This document shows, in pieces, positions 18,832 to 29,200 of a DNA stretch of 64,000 nt. The notes under the pieces are model-generated. The model had not been told where the DNA came from, did no database searches, and saw only the letters and a list, made by a program, of their open reading frames with translations. The position numbers were made by a program, and so were the translations under genes. The DNA comes from an uncultured Clostridia bacterium (lineage in GTDB: Bacteria; Bacillota; Clostridia; Christensenellales; UBA1242). The stretch lies in contig CALWOU010000004.1 of assembly GCA_944383245.1 (NCBI GenBank), positions 888 through 64,887 on the forward strand, in the 5' to 3' direction. Positions within the stretch are counted from its first letter, which is position 1. The number at the start of each line of letters is the position of its first letter.

Positions 18832-19704
18832 TTAGATAAATTTAATTACTAATTCAACAGGTGAATCAAGGGAAGAAAATGTTAAGGTTATTGTTGTTTC
18901 GCACTTTTCCTTTGCTGTGAAATGAATAAATGGCGAATCAAAACTAAATACCACTAATTTAGATTCATCATAATCGATGCTAATTAAATCCTGATTTGTT
19001 ACTATCGTTCCGCCCTCTAAAGTGAATTGCAACGTATAAACTTTGTTTTCTTCATAAATAAAAGTGTAATTAAAAACATTCACTTTGTTGGCATTTGTTG
19101 AAATGACATTAATATCAATTTCGTTTAAAATTTTAAAATATGTGTAAGTTTGAATTACGTCTAAATACGTTTCTCCAACTTCAACGGGAACAATGGTGTC
19201 ATTAACAATATCAATACATTCGTCATCATACAAAAAACTTACATTTGCTAGTTCATCTGCGTTAAAAATTTCTGTTATATCTTGCGGACTATCTATGTAT
19301 AAAATAACACTATTTTCATTGTTGTTTTCTTCAACAACAATAACAATATTATCTCTATATTCTTCACCCGCAATTTTAATAGAAAATGTGACAGTGTAAT
19401 TTCCAACAATCTTTGCGCTGAACACTCCGTTTTCATACACCAATCCACCCTCATATTCTTCAGATTTTGGTGTGATAGAAATGGAAAAGTCAGACAAAGA
19501 TTTTTCATTTAAAGTGACAGCATTTTCCTCTAATTTTAATTTTGATGAATTCAAAATGCTAATTTCACGCGTGCAATTTATATGAATTTTTGTTGCATTG
19601 GGCTGTGCGTTAACTTCATTGATATTTAGAAAAACAAGTAGAAGCGCCAATCCTACTATTGCCACACCACCAAATATGCCGTACATCAATTTTTTCATAC
19701 ACAA
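18832..19704 (-). CDS. Secreted or anchored beta-rich hypothetical protein
   Basis: N-terminal hydrophobic signal (GIFGGVAIVGLALLLVFL) then Ig-like beta-strand pattern. Confidence 0.75.
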   Translation of the reverse strand: MCMKKLMYGIFGGVAIVGLALLLVFLNINEVNAQPNATKIHINCTREISILNSSKLKLEENAVTLNEKSLSDFSISITPKSEEYEGGLVYENGVFSAKIVGNYTVTFSIKIAGEEYRDNIVIVVEENNNENSVILYIDSPQDITEIFNADELANVSFLYDDECIDIVNDTIVPVEVGETYLDVIQTYTYFKILNEIDINVISTNANKVNVFNYTFIYEENKVYTLQFTLEGGTIVTNQDLISIDYDESKLVVFSFDSPFIHFTAKEKCETTITLTFSSLDSPVELVIKFI

Positions 19705-19854
19705 AATTTTATCTCAATTTCCATATTTTGGCAAATAAATTTATAAAATCGACAAAAATTTTTTAAAAAAAAGTAAAATAAGGTCTTATATTAGATTATT
19801 AGAGTCAAAATGTTGGACAAATCAATAATATTTTTAGGTATAAACAAAAAATAG

Positions 19855-19883
19855 TTGAAAAAATTTTTTATTTTGTTTATAAT
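19855..19883 (+). promoter_or_regulatory. Sigma-A promoter of the nucleoside hydrolase gene
   Basis: TTGAAA-17 bp-TATAAT. Confidence 0.55.
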
Positions 19884-19996
19884 AATGGATACGAAATTTG
19901 TGGTTTTATAAATTTTAATTATTTGCAATTAGATTAAAACTATTTGATAATTTAAATAATTAAAAAAACTTTTACGTATAATAAAATGGAGAAAAT

Positions 19997-20953
19997 ATGA
20001 AAAATGAGAAAAAAATAAATTGTATAATTGACACTGACCCCGGAGTTGACGACGCGGTTGCCATCATTCTTTCTTTGTATGATAAAGTGATGGATATAAA
20101 ACTAATCACCACCGTTTCTGGAAATTTGGAATTATCTAAGGTCACTCGCAACGCACTTCACATACTTGAAAAGTTCAATAGAACGGATATTCCGCTTGCA
20201 ATGGGAGCGGTTAAGCCAATGGTGAGAGAGAGTAAGGACGCAAAATTTATTCATCAAAACGAAGGGCTTGGAGGTTACATTCCGCCTGAGAGTGTGAAAA
20301 CAAAACCTATTGATAAGTCCGCAGTGGAAGCAATGTATGAAACGATTTGCAAGTATAAAAATGATATTGTAATCTTTGAATTTGGCCCGCACACCAACCT
20401 CGCCTATTTAATTGAGCAACATCCAGACGTATTAGATATGGTAAATCATATATATTGCGAAGGTTGCGCTCCTTACGGATTAAAAAGTGAGGGCGAAAGG
20501 TGGGAAAATTATATTTCATTTAATGTTTCAAGCGACCCTGAAGCATTTGAAATTGTTATGAATAGCGGAATTCCTATTACAATTATTCCGTCACGTATGG
20601 GGCGGGAACTTGCAAACTTTAACGAAGAGCAAGTTGAGTATATTAGCAATATTAATGACACGGGAAAATTCATTGCAAAAATGTATTCAGAATATTGGGA
20701 ACACGGCTACAAAGATAGGCGCATCGCCACTAACGACACTTGCGCGTGTTTAATAATGCTTTATCCAAAAATTTTCAAAACAAAAAAATGTTTCTTCACC
20801 ATTAACACAACTGACGCACCAGGAAAAACATTGATTGAATTTTCTCGCCACGGAAATATAAACTACGCTTATAAAGTGAATAGAAAAAAACTTCACAACA
20901 TTTATTTTAACGCGGTTAAAAAACTTAAAGACTTTAAATTTTATGATAATTAG
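19997..20953 (+). CDS. Inosine/uridine-preferring nucleoside hydrolase family
   Basis: DTDPGVDDA motif, TVSGN, FNVSSDPEA; terminator at 20952-20977. Confidence 0.9.
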   Translation: MKNEKKINCIIDTDPGVDDAVAIILSLYDKVMDIKLITTVSGNLELSKVTRNALHILEKFNRTDIPLAMGAVKPMVRESKDAKFIHQNEGLGGYIPPESVKTKPIDKSAVEAMYETICKYKNDIVIFEFGPHTNLAYLIEQHPDVLDMVNHIYCEGCAPYGLKSEGERWENYISFNVSSDPEAFEIVMNSGIPITIIPSRMGRELANFNEEQVEYISNINDTGKFIAKMYSEYWEHGYKDRRIATNDTCACLIMLYPKIFKTKKCFFTINTTDAPGKTLIEFSRHGNINYAYKVNRKKLHNIYFNAVKKLKDFKFYDN

Positions 20954-21158
20954 AACTGAAAATTTCAGTTCTTTTTTATCTTAAACTCAACAAAGTTTTT
21001 ATTTTTAAATATAATGAAAAAAAGATAAATTTTTAATTTGTCAACTAATTTTTAATATTTTTTGCAAATTTTTAGTGTTTTTTGCAATTTTTTTGAAATT
21101 TATTTGCATAAAAAATTTATTTTTGTTATATTTAAGTTAATAAAAGAAGTGGTGGGTT

Positions 21159-22235
21159 ATGGATGAAATAATTTTTTTTGATGGAGCAAAAGAAAAGGTT
21201 ACAGGTTTTTTTGAGCGCGAATTTGAAAATTTTCCACCACTGATAATGTCGCACTTTTTAAATAAGTTTAACGACATTATGAATTACAACGAAGAAGATG
21301 ATAGAATAAAACCAAAAATTGTTTTTACTGATAATGTTGAAGCAGTTTCAAAATCTATTCCAAAATCTTATGCGCTCACAATTTTCACAGATAACGACGC
21401 ATCAATGTTCAATTTGCGCCTTAAAAGTTTGTTTGCAATTGCGGATAATAATTGGTGCATATTTATAGAGATTAAAGAAAATAAAGTTTCGTACGGATTG
21501 CTAATGAGTTTTCGTTCAATCAAGGATAGAAACTTTATCTTGTCGATAGAAGAAAATGCAACTCTAAAAGATAAAAAAGTTCATTGCATACTCGTTCGTG
21601 CGCTGAATTTTTATTCTATGTCGCTCCACTCAATATCTGGAAATGATTTAATCGTTAACTTTTCGCTTGACAAAACTAAAAATAACTATTATTCAAACGA
21701 AATTAGAGATTTTGTGGACGCATCGTTTTCAAAACTAAGAACCACTCAACGCAAACTCCAAGATATGAAAAATATGTATCGCAACATTTTCTTTGATGTG
21801 ATGAATAATGTGCACGGTGCAATTTGCGTCATCGTGGATAAAGATTATAAAGATAATGGCTTGTTTGAGGACGGTGTTTGGCTAAAAGAACCTATCAGTT
21901 TTTCAAAACTTTTTGCTCAATCTAAAAGTTATAGCGAAACAAAACTTCGCGCCTTCTCTGACCTTTTTATCAATATGCTAAACTTTGACGGAATAACTAT
22001 AATAGATAATCAAGGACGAATTCGCGCATACAACGTTTTTGTTGAACCAAACTCTAAAAAAGTAGGTTTTATTGTTGGTGGTGCTAGAAAGCGCGCCGCG
22101 TATCATATACTCAGTTCAAAGCGAAAAAACATAATTGGTGTATACTTTCAATCGCACGAAGGAGAAGTTTTCTTCCAAGCAATGAAAAAGAATGATCCAA
22201 AAGAAACAAAAAAGAAAACCACAAAAGAAAACTAA
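21159..22235 (+). CDS. Protein with a C-terminal diadenylate-cyclase (DisA_N)-like domain, degenerate motifs
   Basis: HGAICVIV, NFDGITIID (DGA-like), GGARKRAA (GxRHR-like); terminator at 22234-22257. Confidence 0.6.
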   Translation: MDEIIFFDGAKEKVTGFFEREFENFPPLIMSHFLNKFNDIMNYNEEDDRIKPKIVFTDNVEAVSKSIPKSYALTIFTDNDASMFNLRLKSLFAIADNNWCIFIEIKENKVSYGLLMSFRSIKDRNFILSIEENATLKDKKVHCILVRALNFYSMSLHSISGNDLIVNFSLDKTKNNYYSNEIRDFVDASFSKLRTTQRKLQDMKNMYRNIFFDVMNNVHGAICVIVDKDYKDNGLFEDGVWLKEPISFSKLFAQSKSYSETKLRAFSDLFINMLNFDGITIIDNQGRIRAYNVFVEPNSKKVGFIVGGARKRAAYHILSSKRKNIIGVYFQSHEGEVFFQAMKKNDPKETKKKTTKEN

Positions 22236-22474
22236 AAACTGCAAAACGCAGTTTTTTGTTTGTTATTAGATAGTTTAAATTTTTGTTTTTAGTTTGACAA
22301 AGCAAAAAAAGTAAACTTAATTAAAAAAGGAAGAAAATTAAATTTCTTCCCTTTTTTATTGCATTTGGTTATTGCCATTATCACACTTGATTATAGTATT
22401 GACCACACTTTGTAATAGTACTATTCGCATTTGATTACTAGTTTTATTTACAAATAATTTTAATTTGTGTTTGT

Positions 22475-23206
22475 TCATTCTTTGCATTTAATTATGGCTC
22501 TAAAGATAGTTTTATCTTCAAGTTTGCCCTCTATGTAATAATAATTGTTGTCTTTTATTTTATAAATATCTATCTTGTCGCCCTCTTTACATTCTGCTAC
22601 GAAGTGTATTTCGTACTCTAAAATATCCATATTTTTTAATTCGTCAACACTAAATGCGTCGAATGTGAAATAGTTATATCTTAAATTATTAGTGTGAAAA
22701 TTTAAATCAATATCGGTTGAATAGATAATTCGCGAATATACGAAGTCATTTTCTGTAACTTCTTTTTTAGTGTTACTAAACGAAATGTTTAATTTTTTAG
22801 TTTCAGCCATTTCAAGTTCGGGATAATACACGCTCGACGACTTTCTAGGTTTTCTTGTGCTCCAATCTAGGCAACACCACTCGCTTATACCTTTAACTAG
22901 CATTTTATTTGCGCGTTTAACTGTGGTGTTACGATTAAATCTTAAAATTCCTGGAGTTTCAGTCCACGTTTTGATATTGACTTTATCATATTGAACTAAA
23001 TCATCTAATAATACTAGTTTTATTTTACTAACAATCCAAAACGCATTGCTAGTTTTAATCATATTATTGTGGTCTAGCCCCATATTGTTTGCGTGAGTGA
23101 AAATAACTTGTTGCATAAGCCTCATCAACACAGGGACTGAAACTTTTTGATTAAAATCGATATCTACATCTTTTATTTCTACTTTTTCACTATAACAATT
23201 TTTCAT
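22475..23206 (-). CDS. Acyl-ACP thioesterase (double hotdog fold)
   Basis: DIDFNQKV...LMQ, FWIVSK, STDIDLNFHTNNLRY motifs. Confidence 0.85.
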   Translation of the reverse strand: MKNCYSEKVEIKDVDIDFNQKVSVPVLMRLMQQVIFTHANNMGLDHNNMIKTSNAFWIVSKIKLVLLDDLVQYDKVNIKTWTETPGILRFNRNTTVKRANKMLVKGISEWCCLDWSTRKPRKSSSVYYPELEMAETKKLNISFSNTKKEVTENDFVYSRIIYSTDIDLNFHTNNLRYNYFTFDAFSVDELKNMDILEYEIHFVAECKEGDKIDIYKIKDNNYYYIEGKLEDKTIFRAIIKCKE

Positions 23207-23251
23207 AATTTTAGCCTTTTAAATGAATAATGTATTTTTATTCTAGTTATA

Positions 23252-26200
23252 TTAACGAATACGCATTTTTCTTCTTAGCAATATGATAGTTACAATTATT
23301 GCAATCACAATAACACTAACAACCACAATTATAACAATTGCCCAAGTGTTTAAAGGTTCTTTAATAACCGCTTTAAAACTTGTAATAACCTGACCGGAAG
23401 CGGAAACTAATCTCACATAATAATCGCCCGCACCATATTGCGCTTCACTAATTTCAAGAGATAACACACTTAGAGGAGAGGTGCTGTTGATTGTGTAAAT
23501 CAAACTATCGTTTACATAAATTAGCGATTCGCCAACTTGTTCGTAAATAATTCCTGGGTTAAATGAGATTGTGAAACCGCTTGTTGTTGTTTCGCCTGAT
23601 TCAAGCGAACAATAAATGTTTGGAATTTCATTATTCATTGTAAATGAAAAACTTACTTCTCTTATTGGATAAACACCATCATCCACTCTATAAGTTATTG
23701 TGAACAATTGTTTTCCAGAACTGATATTCAACTCTTCTTGATGGTCAAGAAGCATATTGTAAGTTAACAATCTACCGCTTGAATTTGGATTGAATAGACT
23801 ATTGAAAAGTTCGGTAATATCTGTTTCTCCGTGCAAAACTTGAATAAATTCAAAACCACTTAAACTTGTTAAATCAATAGACTCTCGCGCCTCATTTGGA
23901 TTGATAATTGTGAACACGATAACCTTTGTTAAATTGTAGGTCACAGCAGTCGAACTTGAATTAGATGTTGTGTAGTTCGCAGTTATAACTACCCTATATG
24001 TGCCGTATTCTAAGAATGTGTAATCATATTGAGATTTTATAGGAGTGTAGTTCGCGCCATTTCTTGTGGCAGTTACTGCTATAGTTCCAATATCGTAAGT
24101 TGCAGGGTTATAAACATTCAATACAACTCCGCCATTATAATACGCATTATCAATTGGCGCCATATTATTTACAGATATAATTGGCTCTTTTAAAATTGTG
24201 ACATCAATGCTCGATTGTTGTGAACCAAGATTTGACGTGAAAGTGTGGACATTGCCCGCTAAATCTTTAAACACAAATGTGTATTTTCCGTTTCCAAGCA
24301 ATCTATAACTGCCTACGTTAGAATTAGTTGTGTAGTTATTTAAATTTGAACTTGTTATAAACTCATCGTTTAAATAAATATCTAATACTAACGTGTTTTT
24401 GGTGATAATAACATTGTTTAATAAGTTGTATGTGTTGTTTGGAGTTACACTTAAAGTGAAACTATCTGAACTTGCTCCTGGATAGATGAACGAAAAACGT
24501 GAAGATGTGGCAAGAGTTTGTGAATTAGTGTTTTGCGTAAGTGTTATATTTGAAACGATGTCGTTTGTTTCGTCGACTATAAGTGAGGCAAAATACAAAC
24601 TATATGTGCTTGCGTGAGCGCGATAAATTGTGAATAAGTATCTGCCATTTTCTAGCGAGATAGACGATTCAAATAACTCCACATTTTTATCGGTTGCAAT
24701 TTGAATATTTAAATCTTGATTGTAAACATATAAATCAACATTTGCACTTGGCAAATCGGTTCTAGCAACTACCAACTGACTCAATCTTTGCTCTGTTAAA
24801 TACTCTTCTATTTCACTAAACTTAAAGGACGAATTAACTTCTGCTATGCTGTTATCTGGAAGTGTTACATAGTATAATTCGTTTGAATTTTGAAGCACCT
24901 GGAAAGTGTAGATAACATTACCTAAAACCGCTCCCGTTGGAGATAAAACATCAATTACAAATTTATATAATCCTTCGCTATCCGATTGCGTTGATATTAC
25001 ATAACTTGATAGCGAACTTAAGTCGGTTGAAACATACTCGCCATTAGATTTTAATTCGTATAATGTGTAAGCATAATTTAGTATATCGTTTGAGTTAGGT
25101 CTTGTCCAAGTTAAGTTGCTTGTGCCAGAAGTAATATAGTTGCTTTGCGTTGACTGATAATCGGCATTAAAATCAATTTTCATTCTCTGATCTAATCCAT
25201 TTGTGGTTAAATTTACTTGACCCGCATTAGAATCTAACATAACGTTATATGAAAATTCCTCACTATTATCAATTCTTAACACAAATTTAACCGTGTAACT
25301 AATCTTTGCACCTGTATATTGCCTTTCATTTGTTATTGAATAATAAGGATATAGATATAAAACGTTTCCGTCACCATTTAATTCTACAACTGTAACTCCT
25401 AAATATTCCCAAGAGTTTAACACTCCGTTAAACGTTTGCGTTTCAGTTAATCCATTGTTAACTGATCTAGTGACTATAACATAATATAGTGAATTATCAA
25501 ACTGAATATTTACTTGATCAAACGCATAATAAACTTTTGAATATTCATAGTAATTCGCCTCGCCGTCTTCACCAAACGAAATTGAATAGAAGCGTGTGCC
25601 TGTTGTGTTAAATTTATAAGTGTAATTCTCGCCGAATGCGTCCGTCATTCTAATTTGATACGTTCCATTTAATTCAGTTATATATTGAACAGGCGTAGTT
25701 CTATCATCATTTAAATAGTAGTTAAACTGCCCGTTATTATAAACATATTCATATTTGTCTGTTTTGTCACCTTGAGTTATTTCAATAGTTGACGCATAAT
25801 ATAAAATTCCGTTTGTGTCACGAACATTTGCACCGTGCAAATTGATTTGATAACTACCATTAACCACTTCCACTAAATTTTCTATATTTAGTTCAATTCT
25901 ATAATTTTCATCATAATAGTTAATGGTCACTTGATAACTGCCTGTTCTTGTTTCAACTCGCAAAATGTAATTACCATTTCCCGCATCTAAAATTAGATTC
26001 ATAATATCGGTCATAAGCCCGCTATTTGTAAATTCGGTTGTTGCATTTGTTAGGATATAATGTGTGTCGGTTTCATCATTTATAGAAGTTAAACTAATTC
26101 TATAAAATTTATCAACAACTGAAGTTAAATATTCCTCTGCTAAGTCAACATCAAAAATTGTAAAAGTCTTACCATTTTCCAATTGCGAAATATTAACCTC

Positions 26201-29200
26201 TTGCTTACTTATTCCGCTACTGCTAGATAATGTGAATTTTAATAACAAACTAAGGTTGTCACTCGTGGTGGTTTCGGAATCCATAGCGTCGTAGAAAACA
26301 ACATATTGCGTGGTGTTTCCCGCCTCGTCCATTTCTAAAATCTCATAGTGTCCCGTATTATTGCCTGTGTTATTAGTTAAAAAGTTATAATATGCAATAT
26401 CTGATGTATTATTAACACTTGTGTAATTAGATAAATTTGCAATTGCTGGAAGCGATAAATTTACAGACGCTATATCTGGAATATATCTATAATACAAACT
26501 ATAAATATCATCACTATTAAATTCGGTGTCATTTTGCACTCTAAATGCGTAAATCTTTGAATTATCGCCTGTTGCATAATAGGTTTTATATTGATTAACA
26601 AAGTAGACATTTGAATTTGTTTCAATGTAACTACTTTCAAACATATCTTCGCCGTTATCTTCAATATAGTAACGCACTAACGGGTCATTTCCAACTAAAT
26701 AATTTATGTTGTTAGTTGGTGCAACGCGGTCGATTATAACTGTTATTGTTGCCTCGTAGTAAGTTTGAAGATTGCCTGAATTATCGTAATAATAGTAACA
26801 ATTAATATACCTATCATTTATTGAAGCATCCGAGTTGGCAAGTCTAAATCTTATAGTTATATTATAACTTAATGATTGCGATAAATTTTCAATGTCAATA
26901 TTGCCTGATTCATCGCGCAAATAAGTGTTTAAATAAATAACTCTACTAGTTAATTCACCATTGTCTCCGTATGTGTTTTCAACGACCTGCGGATTAGAAT
27001 CATTAAGTTGATATGTTCCATTAATATTTTGATAAACGTGATTTATATAATTAGTTGTTCGTTCATTTAGTGTTTGAGTTACAACTAAATAATTTAAATC
27101 AAGCCCAGCACTTAACGAATTATCAAAATACTCATCCATATCGATTTTTACAAACTCTTCGCTAGTCACTAAGCTATATGTGTTTTTGCCCGTTCGATTA
27201 ACTAAATTTTGAGATTCATCCACGGTCATATTACGTTCTGGCACTGAATAGACGTCTGTGTAAACCTCGCTTTGCTCTATTCTAAAACCAATAACTTTTT
27301 CGTGCGCTCCGTCGTCGTTACCTGCACTTTCAACCGTGTCTTTTATAACAACGATATAATCGCCCGGCAAGCAAATCCAATTTCCTTGATTGATAGAACG
27401 AATAATTCGCTCAATGTCTGCGTTTGTTTCGGTTGAGTTTGCTCTAGTTAGATAGTCGCGCAAATCAATTGTATAAATGCCGTTTGAATAATTGTTATCG
27501 TTAAAATCATTACTATTAATTTCGAATAGTTTTACAACTCTGCCTTCTTTATTATCCAATTGATTTTGAAGATCTCTAAAATAGAATTCAAAACTTAGCC
27601 TGCCCGCATAATACGTGCTACCAGAGTTTGCATTGCCACCAAAGTATTTTGCAATAGGAATATTTAGTGTGATAGGAAGTTTATCGCTTGTTAAATATAA
27701 ACTATATGGTTTATTTTGATATATTGTTTGATTTCCTTGTGAATAACTAAAATATTCGGTTTGCGTGTTTATTGTGTTAAACTCATTGAATAGGGTTTCA
27801 TCCTCTTTTAGCCCAAGATTGATATAACCACCAATGTGTGCTTGATTTTGGTCGATAATTCCATTTCTATCAACGATTACATAGTAAGTTTGATGCAATG
27901 TGTCATCGCCCAAATCTGCGTCTGTGTCATTATACTCTCTATGAATTACATACAAACCCTCACGCGTTCTAGAATTTTCGACGTTTAGTAATGCAAAAAC
28001 TCTTCCGTCGGATAACTCTACGCCTCCATTTTGCACTGAGCCGTCCGCGTATATTGTTACACTATTTATATAGTTATAATAATAAATCTTATCTAATTTT
28101 TCTTGCTCATTTATATTTTTTTCATCATTCCAAGCGGTTGAATAACTATCTTCGCTTAGATTTAATTCGTAATAATCATAACTAACCGAACTAACCTCAA
28201 AACTGCCTGTTCCAACATTAAACACAAAGCCAAGATAGTTTTCACTCGTTGCGTGCGCACCCACCATTCCAATTGTTTGAATTGAACCGTCGTCGTTATA
28301 CACATTTGAACCAGTGTTAATTCTATAAATTCCTAAACCCTCATTAGAAGAGCCGTCAGTTGGAACATTTTCGCCTGTAAATGAATTTGCGCTATAGTAA
28401 ACAAAACCGCGTGAATTATCCACATTGATTTCAATTGTTACTCGCGAATTTGATGTGGTTACACCATTGCTTTGCGCTGTGTAATACTGATTTTCGCCAA
28501 TCATATATAACGTTCGAATTGTTGAAGTTGCACCATTTGCTACATAGTTAATTCTTGTTGTGCGGTTATTGATTGAAATTTGCGTTATGCTTGTGTTTGG
28601 ATCATCAGCATTTTCACCCGTGCGAGATGAAATTGAGTTGTTTCTAACTGTTAGATAATATGTTCCTTGCACACTTCCAAAAAGTGATTTTAGTGCGTTA
28701 ATATTAGTATCTGACTGAACATAGTAACCAGCTTGCGAAAAAGCATTGTTGTTTGCATCACTAACTAACAATTGAATAAGTGTGCGCAAGTCACTATTTG
28801 AATCATTATTTGAACCCAAATCTAATTCGATTGCTTTATGTGTTCCAACCTCAACGGTCACACTATTGCTAAACATTTTTGATGCGTTTGATTCATATGT
28901 TGTTTTATTATCAGAATCTGTTATTTTGAAAAACGATTCAGTGCTATCAATGATAAACATAAATTTAGCGCTGTTGCCCGCCTCGTCGGTTAAAGTGAAA
29001 ATATAAATTCCTTGCCTATAGAGCACATTGGTAAACGGAACTTCGTTTCCAAGATTTTGCACTTTTTCAATATCAAACGAACCTACAGTTGTGCCTAACT
29101 TATAATTAGTGTTAAACCAAACTGCACTGCTTGAATTGTTCACTTCTTCAATTTCAATACTGCTATCTCTAACAAACGGAGTGAATGTGTAAGTTGCTTG

